From NCBI RefSeq assembly GCF_030028105.1, contig NC_092375.1, positions 141,759,035 through 141,823,034 on the forward strand: a stretch of DNA of 64,000 nt, read 5' to 3'. A program made the position numbers and the translations under genes. A model generated the notes under the pieces. It was not told the origin of the DNA, searched no databases, and saw only the letters and a program-made list of their open reading frames with translations. This document shows positions 1 through 11,369 of the stretch, in pieces; position 1 is the first letter of the stretch; every line of letters starts with the position of its first letter. Origin of the DNA: Mobula birostris (lineage: Eukaryota).

Positions 1-3000
1 CAAGAAATTCAGTAGAATCAAAGCAAGACTACACCCAACAGGATGGACAAACAACCAATGTGCAAAAGGCAACAAACTGTGCAAATACAAAAGAAAAATA
101 CTAAGTATATAAATACATAAGCAATAAATAAAGAAAACATGAAATCAAGTGTACTTGAAAGTGAGTCTATAGGTTGTAGGAACAGTTCAATGATGGGGCA
201 GGTGAAGTTATTCCCTCTGGTTCAGTAGCCTGATGGTTGAGGGATAATAACTGTTCATGACCCAGGTGCTGTGGGTACTCAGGCTCCTGTACCTGCTTCC
301 TGATAGCAGCAGTGAGAAAAGAGCATGGCCTGGATGGAGGGGGTCCTTGATAATGGATGCAGCTTTCCTGTGACAGCACTCTGTGTAAATGCGCTCAGTA
401 AAGGGGAGGGCTTTATCTGTTTGACTGGGCCATATCCACTACTTTTTGTAGGATTTTCCATTCAAGGGCATTGATTTATCAGTACCATGCTGTGATAAAA
501 CCAGTCAATATACTCTTCACCACACACTTATTAACATTTGTTAGTGTTTCAGATGTCATATTGAATCTTGCAAACTTCTAATGAAGTAGAGGCACTGCCA
601 TGCTTTCTTCATAATGACACTTATGTGCTGGACTCAGGGCAGATCTTCTGAAATGACAACGTCGAGGAAGTTAAAGGTGGTGATCGTTTTCACTGCTGAT
701 GACGATGAGATCTGGCTCATGGACCTATGGCTTCCTCCTCCTGAAGTCAATAATCGGCAACTTGGTCTGGCTGACATTGAGTGAGAAGTGGTTGTTATGG
801 CACCATTTAGCCAGATTTTCAGTCTCCCTAAGTGCTGATTTGTCACCACCTTTGATTCAGCCAATGATAGTGGTGACGGTAGGAAACTTAAATATAGCAT
901 TGGAGCTGTGCTTGGTCACACAGTCATAAGTATAAATCAAGTTGACCAGGGGGCTAAGCACACAGCCTTGTGGTGCTAAGGGAGATTGTGGAGGAGATGT
1001 TGTTGACAATCAAAACTGCCTGTGGTCTGCAAGTGAGGATATCGAGGATTCAGTTGCACAAGGAAGTATTAGGGGTAAGATCTTGAAGCTTATTGTTTAG
1101 AAGTGAGAGGATGATAGTATTGAATGCTCAGCTGTAGTCGATGAAGAACATCCTGATGTACGCATCTTTGCTGTCCAGGAATTCCAGGGTGAGTGAAGAG
1201 CCAATGAAATGGCATCTGCTCTGAAGCCGTTGTGACTATAGGCAAATTGGAACAGATCCAAGTCGCTTCTCAGGCAGGAGATGATGTGTTTCATCACCAA
1301 CCTTTCAAAACACTTCATCACTGTGGATGTAAGTGCTGCTGGATGATAGTTATGAGGCAGGTTATCATGTTCTTCTTTGGCACTGGTATAGCGGAAGCCT
1401 GTTTGAAGCAGGTGGGTACCCCAGACTGCCAAAGCAAGAGGTTAAAGACCTCAGTGAACACTCCATCCATTTGATCAGCACAGGTTTTTAGTACTCGGCC
1501 AGGTATCCCATCTGGGTGAATGCTTTTGTTGGGTTCACTCTCCTGAAGAATGCTCTTATGTCAGCCTCAGAGACTGAAATCAGAGGGTCATCGAGGGTTG
1601 TGAAGATTGGTAAAGGTTCCTTCATGTTTTCATGGTCAAATTAAGCGTAGAAGTCATTGAGCTCATCCGGCAGTGAAGCCTTATTTTCACCTTTGTCATT
1701 TAGTTTCACTTTGTAAGAGGTAATTACATTTAAGCCCTGCCACAGTTATCGAGCATCCTCCAATGATTCATGTTTGGTCCAGAATTGCCACTTCACACAT
1801 ATGATGGCTTTCTGGAGATCAGACCTGGACTACTTGTATTTTACTTGGTTGCCAGACCTGTATATTACTGATCTGGTCCTTAGCAGATTGTGGATCGTAT
1901 AGTTCATCCAGAGCTTCTGCTTGGGGAACACTGGATGATTTTGTGGGGACACACTCATCCATGGCTGTTTTTAGAGTCCGTGATAACTGTGGCATATTCT
2001 TTCAGATCCTGTGCATCCTTGAACACAGCCCAGTCCACTGACTTGAAGCAATCCTGTAGCCGTTCTTCTGCCTCCTGCAACCACTTCTTTGTTGTCTTCA
2101 GAGCCTTGCTGTTTTGGAGGGCAGAGGAGGATAGCCAGGTGGTCAGATTTCCGGAAATGCGGTCTAAGCATGGAACAGTAGGCTTTCCCAATGGTAATAT
2201 AGCATTGGTAATATTCCCAATGGTAATTTATCATGAGTGTGTTGGGATCCCTGGTGCTGTAGGTTATATGTTGATGATAATTGGGCAGAGGTTCCTCAAA
2301 CAAGCCTGACTGAAGTCCCCGACAATGATTTGAAAGGCGTTGGGGTAGGCTGCTTCTTGTCTGCAAATGGCGACACTCAATGTCTTGAGTGCCTGTTTAG
2401 CGTTGGCCTTTGGTGGTCAGGATCACAGAAGAGCACTCTTGCTAAGTAGAATGGTTGGCACTTAATTGTTAGATCTTCCAGGTTGGGGTGAAAATATGTG
2501 ACAAGACTGCTGTGTCAGAGCACTACAAAGAGTTTATCATGAAACGCAGACCCCCACCTTTTGCCCTCTCAGAATCAGCAGTCTGGTACATACCGTGTAT
2601 CAAGAAGCCTTTGAGTCTTACCAGTGTATCTGGAGTGAGCTCTGTCTCAGTGAAACACAGAATGCAGCAATTCCTCATTTCCCTGTGATACAGCAATCCT
2701 GCCCTTAGGCCCTCAATCTTGTTCTCCAGCCGCAAGAGATACTTATTTCATTTCCTCAGGTTTCAGTCTGGCTTTGATTCTTTCCACCTTCTCCTTTCTT
2801 TCAGCTCTGGCAATGTACCTTCGTCTGCTTAAAGGTGCAATACCTGCATGCTTCAAAGTTAAGTCAGCTGTGTCATTCAGAATGATTATGAAGACACGTA
2901 GTCCTCTTTTATTGTCATTTAGTAATGCATGCATTAAATGATACATTAAGAAGCTTGTGAAATTGCTAGTTCATTAAGTTGTTTCAAAAGTACATTATTT

Positions 3001-3115
3001 AAATGGATTTAACAGGCTACAGATTGTTTTGACTATAGTTCAAAAGAAGTATATTTCAAAGTTTTGTCAGTTACCTGCAACATGTTGCCGTGGTTCACCG
3101 GCACCATCTTGTACT
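1..3115 (-). mobile_element. Rex1/Babar-like LINE, near full length but decayed
   Basis: Minus-strand fragments of an APE endonuclease (ILCFTETEL, SDHLAILL) and RT (ALTSTVMKCFERLV, LFQFAY, ADAISLALH). Many frameshifts. The 5' end carries CAAGATGGTGC. Confidence 0.85.
2884..2945 (-). mobile_element. ~60 bp 3'-tail-only LINE insertion inside the preceding LINE
   Basis: Reverse complement reads ...ACTAAATGACAATAAAAGAGGACTACGTGTCTTCATAAT, the GACAATAAA-type tail seen on other Rex1-like ends here. Confidence 0.5.
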
Positions 3116-3119
3116 GCCA

Positions 3120-3480
3120 TGCAATATAAACCTACTCCATGACCATCTAACCCTTCCCTCCAACACTGCCCAAAGCCCTTCATTTTTCTTAAATACTTGT
3201 GCCTATCTAAGGGTCTTTTAAATGTTCCTATTGTATCAGCCTCTACCAACACCCCAACAGTGCTTTGCAGGCACCCAACTCTCTGACATCTCCCCTAAAT
3301 TTTCCTTCACTTACTGATCTTAAATGGATGTCCTCTGGTATTGACCATTGCTGTCCTGGGAAAAAGGTGCTGGCTGTCCATTCTAACTATGCCTCTCGAA
3401 ATCTTATTCACCTTTCTCAAGTCACCTCTCATCCTCAGTCTTGCCAAAGAGAACTGCTCTAACCTGCTCAACCGTAATTC
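3120..3480 (-). mobile_element. CR1 LINE 3' fragment
   Basis: FSLARLRMRGDL..MDSQHLFPR..TRGH and VEADTIGTFKRPLD, matching the C-terminus of the CR1 at 45609-49308. Confidence 0.85.
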
Positions 3481-3752
3481 ACCAGGGAAGGTTGCTAATA
3501 CTGAGCTAAATCCCACAGAGGAGTTTGATTTAAAAAGTGTAATGAAAGCAGGGCTTGAAGTTTTATCTGAAATTCACTTTCTAGGGTGGTTAAATATATG
3601 TTACAGGTATGAAGCTACATTTCTCTAAGTATTTTTAGGTTTCATAGATAAATATGAATATGTTAGTATGAATACTGTATATCATTTGCTGGTTTCACGA
3701 TAATCAGTTACTGGGAGTGTTGAATTTCTTTGTTTTTTTTTACTACTTGTAG

Positions 3753-3872
3753 GTGATGGTGGAGAATTCAGACTTTACTCCATCACAGGTTGGGTGTCTG
3801 TTTACCTTTCTGGCAAGGCAGCTGGCAAAACCAGACAACACACTCTTTGTCAACAGAATGCTTTTTGATCAG
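3753..3872 (+). CDS. VPS8: VPS8 internal coding exon (1st in window), phase 0/0
   Basis: Splice sites ttgtag|GTG...CAG|gtgagt; 120 nt. Translates VMVENSDFTPSQVGCLFTFLARQLAKPDNTLFVNRMLFDQ, near-identical to vertebrate VPS8 as I recall it. Confidence 0.96.
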
Positions 3873-4267
3873 GTGAGTTATTCTTAGCAATTGTGTTGAT
3901 TCAGAATTTGATGAAAAGTTAGATGTTGCCTAAATTTTTATCCAATCTTTTGTTTTGACAAAATAGTTCAGTATTTGATCCACCCGTTTATGTGAGTCAG
4001 TAAATACCCAGTAACATTCCTTTTCCATAGAATGTGCCTTTCATTTTCAACCTACCTTACTGCCTCATTTAACACAACTGGCATTACACTCGTGCGAACT
4101 GGCTCTGATATGCCATCTCTCATTTTGCTTCAGTCTCAAGCAAGAGTCAGTGATTTGTGATGGGAAATGGGGGTGAGAACATTTAAACAAGGAAAATTTT
4201 CAACTATTCCATTTAAATAATGCATTTGAATAACCTCTTAAAAAATGTTCACTTCTGTCTCTTTCAG

Positions 4268-4324
4268 GTTCTTGAGTTCCTGTGTAGTCCTGATGATGAA
4301 TCTCGACATGCTGAGAGGCAACAG
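4268..4324 (+). CDS. VPS8: VPS8 coding exon (2nd), phase 0/0
   Basis: tttcag|GTT...CAG|gtgaag; 57 nt; VLEFLCSPDDESRHAERQQ. Confidence 0.95.
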
Positions 4325-5308
4325 GTGAAGTGGTATTGATTCAATGGGATGTGCAATTGGATTATGTACTTTTAGAGGGTCCAGACTGCAAGATTCCCAT
4401 GGTTCAATTTCTGATTCCCAACTCTAGGTTTGGATTTGCCAATGACCTTTTTGGTGCAAAGATGCATTTAGCTATGAAGTGGCAGCACCACTCATTGTAG
4501 CCAGTTGAACAGATGTGAAATGTGAAAAGGGTTAACGCTACCTAATCTTAAAATGGTGTTTGAAAGCAGAATAGGAGAAAGGTAAATTGAGGCAGTAGGT
4601 GGAGTGTGAAATGAATATAGTGGAAATATTAAGTATAGCAAATATCCCTGAATTATTTTGGGAATAATGACTTGATTTATAAGCATTTCATAATGAAATA
4701 AATCACAAGCTGCTTCATTAGTAACAATGAGTTGACGGGGGAGTAGAGACTATTAATTTATGGATCCAGAATTTTGTGCAACAAATGAATATGGTTTATA
4801 TTTTGATGAAAATAGAATAGTTGATTGGGCCACATATGAAGCAAGCAAAGACAAGCAATGAGCTAAGGAGCAGATTAATGTTTGAAAAATAGCAGGTAAA
4901 ATGATTGGAAGATGATAAAGGAAGAAATAAAGAAGTCTGTACGCTTCAAAAAAAGAACTGCAGAGCATGACCTGTGTGCACAATTTCATGGTGGAAAAAC
5001 GGATGATGCATGAGAGACTGATGAAAGAAATGTAGTTGATAGCCTCATGGCCAAAGAAGCTGGTGGAGAAGTGGATCTGAATAAAATCAGTGTGTGTGTG
5101 GAAATTGATAAGCGATGTCCTCACGAGCAGACTGCAGATGAGAATCTGGGGTGGGCCATGTGTAGATCCTTGCAACAGTCCTGAGCTATACATCTTTAAA
5201 CAGGCGCAGTATACATTTGATGAAAACTGAATGTTCAAACTGTGTTCATGTGCAGTATAGAAACAAAAGACTTATTTATTACATTAACTGGATTTGGTGT
5301 CTTTTTAG

Positions 5309-5391
5309 GTTCTTCTAGAGCTGCTTCAGGCTGGAGGAATCGTCCAGTTTGATGAAAGCAGATTGATTGCCATGGCAGAGAAAGCTGCATT
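5309..5391 (+). CDS. VPS8: VPS8 coding exon (3rd), phase 0/2
   Basis: ttttag|GTT...TT|gtgagt; 83 nt; VLLELLQAGGIVQFDESRLIAMAEKAA(F). Confidence 0.95.
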
Positions 5392-6339
5392 GTGAGTTGT
5401 GTTGAAATGGTTTCTATTAAGTCCTGTTCCATCAGCAAGAAATCTTTAAAGGTGTATTTTGTGGCTCTGGGTAGTAATCTTGCTGCTAATGAACTTGATA
5501 TTTGCATCTACTTAAATTCAAAAGGTAACATGATATTTAAAAAAATATACAAATCATAGAAAATCATTGGATGCCTTGTAATCCCTCTTTGGATGGAGGC
5601 CCACTTTAGAGGTTATAACACAAAATAAGGGTTATTGAAGTACATCAGTATGGACAGAGGATTGATTAAGGGACAAGAATCAGAGAAAGAATAATAAATA
5701 TGTCACTTACATATTGACAGAGAGCTTTGTGGATGAATAGAGGCCTCAGCTATTTCTTATTTCTATTAATGACAGATGAAATGATAAAGTATCATATGTC
5801 CAGCTACAAATGTCTGTAGTTTCTTCCAGGTCAATCAAAACAATATGATAGGTTAATGGATTAAAAAGAATGTCTCCCCAGAGCATATCATCATGTTCTG
5901 CTGAGAAAAATTGCCTTTATTCATTCTGTCCTGCAAAATGGCTAAATTAGTATTTTCTGTCTTCTGGACTAAGTGAGCAATGTCTTGACTAACTCTGTTC
6001 CCTTTAGAGCAGTGTAAGCAGGTAAATTTTTGTGCTAAATTTATGACTACTTGGCATTAACCAATAGATTTATTTACTAATTAATACCAGTAAGATAGTC
6101 AATATTTGTTTATGATTCCTTTCTCTACCAATGATAGACTAGCAATAACAAATCAAAGTTTAATGTGGATCAGAATTCATTTCATTCTTGAGCACATCTA
6201 CACCACCATTGTTTGTTCTTGAACAAACAATGGTGCTGGTCTTGCATGGTTTTAACGTTTAAACGTTTGAAAATTGAGCAGGTTTAGAAATAGTAATTCC
6301 TTTTCAGTCAATACATTTTCATGGTAATGTTAAGAGAAA

Positions 6340-6492
6340 TTCTCGTCAGACAGCATCTGTGGAAATTGAAACAGTTAACATTTCAGTTTTTAGACCTTGT
6401 GAGAACCTCTTTCCACAGATGTTGCCTGAACTGCCAAGCATTTCCAGCTTTTTCTGTTATTATTTCAGATTTCCAGCATCTACAGTATTTTT
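6340..6492. mobile_element. Old Penelope-like terminal remnant, partly palindromic
   Basis: cagcatctgtggaaa ... tttccacagatgttg inverted pair, plus an atttccagcatctacag end resembling 29206-29438. Confidence 0.5.
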
Positions 6493-6728
6493 GATATTCA
6501 TTTTTTATTTATTTTGTTATGAATCCTTAGAATAGATTGAAGTTATAGTTTCTATTGTTTGTTTTTATTCTATAAAAGAAGGATTTGCATTCTTTTCAAT
6601 CTACCCCTAAGTGCATCCGGAACCTGAACTGTGTCACAAAATGTGTCTTTAATTAACGGCTATAAATGTCCAAACTTGCTTGAGACTGAATGGATATGTC
6701 TGAATTACTTAAGGGATCAGTATAATGG

Positions 6729-7462
6729 TTTCAAAGGTACATTCAATGTCAGAGAAAGGTATACAATATACATCCTGAAATGCTTTTTCTTCTCAACCAT
6801 CCACAAACACAGAGGAGTGCCCCCAAAGAATGAACAACAGTTAAATGTTAGAGCCCCAAATTCCTCCCCACCACGCTCCTCTCCCTCCCGCATGTAAGCA
6901 GCAGCAAGCAACAATCCCCCCCCTCCCACTGGCAAAAAAAAAGCATCGGCACCCACCACTGAGCACTCAAGTGTGAGCAAGGCAACTGCAAAAACAAACT
7001 TTCAGTACTCCAAGGACTACTTGTTCACCTGGCATTTGACATACCAGAGGCTCTCTCTTTCCCAAAAAAGGGAGAAAGCGATGTCTCCATTTCACAGCGA
7101 AAGGGGAGAAATAACAACTCACTGGTTTATGATGTTAAAAGTCTGTTGACACACAGCCAAAGATCTTCCGTCTCCAGCGACACACCGGTCTTCTTCTCGG
7201 ACACGGATTTCCGGTCCCCCTCATCCTCTGAGCCATGAAAACTTGATCCTCCGAAGGTGACCAGTGCTCTTAAGCCGAGCCCTCGGCGTGCCGAACAGCG
7301 GCCAGTTATGAAACCCCGACAGCAGGTCCCATTCCCACAAGGAACCTTAGTCAGCATGTAACTCCAGGTCAGGGTCTTCAAAAAAATCTGGAAAGAGAAA
7401 AATAGACATTAAACATGGAAGTAGAGCTGTTTCCAAAGATACAAGCAAAGGAGTTACTGTTA
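6729..7462 (-). mobile_element. Non-autonomous retroelement, copy A
   Basis: Collinear with 25077-25975 from ggtacattcaatgtcagagaaa to gcaaaggagtt. No recognisable coding motif. Confidence 0.75.
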
Positions 7463-8229
7463 GGTTATGAAGTTTACATCATGATTTTGTATGAAATATG
7501 ACTGCATGCTGCATCTATTGTGAAGAATTTTCTCTCTGCAGGTAGTCTATTCAGATTATTGTGTTTAGAGTTTAACATTTGAGTGCATTATTAAAATAAA
7601 GCCTGACGGCAGAAGATTTAGCTAATGTTATGTAAAGAACTTCAAAACTCTGGATGCTGGAAACAAATAAAAGATAAAAACTGGAGATGCACAGCTGGTC
7701 AGGCAAAATTTATGCAGAAAGAAACAAAATTAATCTTATATAGTGGACTTTTCATCATAACAAAATGATGTTAGAAATGCAACGTTTTTAATCAAATGAG
7801 TAGAAATGTATGCTGTGGGTAGTGTAATTGATTAAAATTACATGGAACCCTTATGGCTAATACAATATATTCTGTATTATTCAAGCTGATGATTGGGAAG
7901 TTATAGATGATATGTGTGTACATACTTCATCCTTAATCAAAACTTTTAATTTATTAATTCATCCTCTCTTCCCAGTTGGTAGAGTGACTCATTAGAATTT
8001 ATTTCACATAAGCTCAGTGTAAGTTTAGAAGCAAAATAGTTTCAGTTCAGTTCACTTGATTCATTTATCTTTTCTGGGTCTTTGGCAGAGCAAACCAAAG
8101 GTAATGAGATTGTTTGAATCATTCCCCATATCTTTTCAATGACGCAGATTTCCTTGGAGGGTAGTGAAGTGCTTCTGTAAGCATTATTTTTCAAAATATT
8201 ATTTTGTAATCACAGTTTTTTCTTTCCAG

Positions 8230-8314
8230 CTACCAAGTCTGTGAGTTCATGTATGAAAAGAAACAACTCTACGTTAAAGTCATTGGCTGTTACCTGAATG
8301 ACCCAGTTCGCCAG
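8230..8314 (+). CDS. VPS8: VPS8 coding exon (4th), phase 2/0
   Basis: ttccag|C...CAG|gtattt; 85 nt. Completes TT+C=Phe, then YQVCEFMYEKKQLYVKVIGCYLNDPVRQ. Confidence 0.94.
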
Positions 8315-8552
8315 GTATTTTTGTCATAAGACAGGAACTTGTTTAATTATTGTGTTGCATAACACAGGCATATTTTCCTAGATTTTTCTAATTACACCAG
8401 TATTACTCTGAAAGTCCCTATTATCAAAAAAATCCAAAAATGACATACAATCTACCCACACAGTCAAAATTTCCTGTAATGGTTGCAGACCATTAATGAG
8501 TATTTGAATTTATAGCTGAAATGCTGCTGTTTGTTGTTTACAAACTGTTGAT

Positions 8553-9106
8553 ATACACTGTTGTACCTAATAAAGTTGCTGGTGAGTGTACGTTGATGAT
8601 CTGCTGCTGCTGCTGTAGTTCATCCTCTTGAAGGTCGGTCATGTTGGCATTCAGCAATGCTCATCTGCACAACACTATTGTAACATATATTTGAGGTAAT
8701 GTAGCCTTCCTGTCAGCTTGAACCAGGCTAGCCATTCTCCTCTGACCTTTCTCATTAACAAGATGCTTTCACCGACAGAACTGCCGCTCAATTAATTTTT
8801 TTCTTTTCTTTGTTTTTTCGCATCATTCTCTGTGAATTCTATAATGTTGCGAGTGAAAATCTCAGGAGATCGTCAGTTTCTGAGATGCTCAAACCACCCC
8901 ATCTAGCGTCAACAATCATTCCACTGTCGAAGTCACTTACATAACATTTCTTTCCCATTTTGATATCTGGTCTGAACAACAATTGAACTTCATGACCACG
9001 TTTGCATGCTATTATACACTGAGTTGCTGCCACATGATTGACTGATTAAATATTTGGATTAACAAGCTTATGTACAGGTGTACCTAATAAAGTGGCCATT
9101 GAGTAC
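8553..9106 (-). mobile_element. Internally deleted Tc1-like element
   Basis: Transposase N-terminal HTH remnant MGKKCYVSDFDSGMIVDARWGGLSISETDDLLRFS. Terminal motif gtacctaataaagtggcc. Confidence 0.85.
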
Positions 9107-10089
9107 ACCAGACGCAGTGAGACAGAAAGAGCAGTGTTCACTTTAGGCAGAGAATTGTTTTGGAGGTGGAAAGGATTAGCAACTGGCATAAAGACAGGAG
9201 ATATGAAAGGCAAGATATATGAAAAGTCTGTGCAGACAGTTCATGATAACTTGTGTGAGCTGACTTCAATATTTTGAACTTGCTTTATTTATTTATTTCA
9301 TGCTTATATATTTCCCTTTCTATATCCTTACATATATTTAGTATTCTTCTCAGCAGTTACCTCTCTTAGGTGTCTGATTTCAGGTTGAAGGGCAAAGATA
9401 TCGTTAGTCTTCATAACTGAGACATACATCCTCTTGGCACTTCTCCATAGAGCTGTTATGATATTGATGTTGTCCTTGTATTTGGTTCCCAAAAATCAAA
9501 ATAATATTATGGTTTGAACACTGCTTGCTTTGGCTTGTATTTGATTGCTAACTGCATTCTAACTTTAGTATTTATAAATCTAAATAGTCACTTACTGGAA
9601 GATTATATTGGTAAGATGTACATATATTGAATAAAATCAGATTTACCACCCCACAATGAACTGCAGTCTGAGATATTAAGGAGTGGAGAAAGTGCCGGAT
9701 AACTGTAGTCCCTATTCTCCACCGGTGTTTAGTTCTCTTCAGAGTATGTAAATTGTTTAGCATGGCTTGTGTTTTCATGAAAGTTTTTTCCCCCCAGTTT
9801 TATGGCATATAATGACTGCTGCAATCAAAATTAGAACAGATTAAGTCATTATCTCTTATTTCCATTTTCAAGCAAGTAGTTGGAAATGACTCATTTTTTT
9901 TAACTGGATTAGACTCAGTAATGTCTTAATTAATACTGGCTCATTATGCAAGCAAAATCTGTGGGCAAGAAGAGGCCGCCCAAAGCAAACTGTCCCTGTT
10001 TGTTGCTGCCACATATGCAGTGGGCATTTTCCAGACTAGCTGATCTGAAGCCTAACCAGGCCAAACTGATGTTCTATGGAGTTGCAGAA

Positions 10090-10360
10090 TCTTGTATGAT
10101 GTAGAACCATCTATCGGTCAGGATGGTGTTCTACATTGGAGAAAGCAAACAGAGATTGGTGGTCCCTTTACAGAGCATTTGCACACGATACTTAGGTGCA
10201 GCCCAGAGCAATGTCCTACTTTACCATCCTACTCCCACAATTTTATATCTATGATCTTCTGCAGTGCTAGAATAAAGTCCAAAGCATGCCTGAGGAACAG
10301 TACTTCATTTTACAACTAGGTATACCGCAGCCTTCTAATTTGGTATAATTCTTAAACTTC
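10090..10360 (+). mobile_element. Penelope-like GIY-YIG endonuclease remnant
   Basis: Frameshifted FYIGESKQRL / FTEHL / EEQYFILQLG, resembling Penelope YIGET.R.L..RF.EH and EQHLIFRLG motifs. Confidence 0.6.
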
Positions 10361-10949
10361 AGAAAACTTGCTCTTTCTCCCTGCATCAAAAGCTGACATT
10401 TCTATCTGTTAACATTTTGGCTGAGTTTTTCTTGCTGTACAGTGTGACCTGTTCCATAGCCTTAACAATTGCAACATGTTTGCAACACGATATAGAAAGA
10501 AGCTCAGTTTAATTTTAACTGCTACCTAGCTACCTCATTTGAGGAATTTGTTCTGCATATCCCTTGTCCACCTTCTCTGCTACTTAAAACTAACTTGTTT
10601 TCTCTTCTTGAGTGCAAGCTTGAAGCTTTGATTGTTTGTCTTTGTTACGATGTTGCCTGGACTGCGCTTAATTGTTTCATGTAATTAGAACCATTAAAGC
10701 AAACATTATTAGTTCAGAAAAAAATGTTAATGATCTTGTGCTTTGTCTCCTGAAATCATACCTTACCATTCGCATGATTGGGTTCATTGTTTCTAAACTT
10801 TGTCTAAACTGTTGTGTGTTCGGTCAGCAAGGTTCACAGGAGAGCTAATAGGGAGTTTTAGCAACTTCAGACCACTGCTGAACTCTATGAGGAGTGTAGC
10901 ATTGGAGTGCAGTTAGAGAATTTTGACCATGTCTACATGCTTTTATTCT

Positions 10950-11030
10950 TTGAGTTACTGCCACATGATTGTCTGATTAGATATTTGCATAACGAGCAGG
11001 TATACCTATTAAAGTGGCCAATGTGTGTAC
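10950..11030 (-). mobile_element. Tc1-like end fragment, same family as 8553-9106
   Basis: gagttactgccacatgattg...tacctattaaagtggcc matches about 9020-9100. Confidence 0.7.
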
Positions 11031-11369
11031 ATTCTAATTGTTTGGTGTCATCAGTAGCAACTTTGGCAATGCTATGTTAATTTTTTGAGGGTTTTTACTT
11101 GATGTAACATACCTATTGGGACTAATAAAAATTATAGGGAAAAAAGTTATTCATTAAAAATGAGATAGGGAAGCAACCTTTACATTTTGAGTCAAAGGAT
11201 AAAGCTAAAATTCTGTTATTTAGTCTGAAAAACTTAAGTATTATTCCAATTACACATTAATCTGTTTATAATTACTCATCATTAAACCTTAGTAATAAAA
11301 TTGATATGCAGGTTGTCTTGAAGCTAACAATTTGAAGTATGTAGTAAGGTTGATGACCATGAAGAATAA

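Noticed and set aside
4753-5238. 161-aa hydrophobic minus-strand ORF
   Set aside because: Reverse complement of A-rich intron sequence, with no recognisable motif or splice support.
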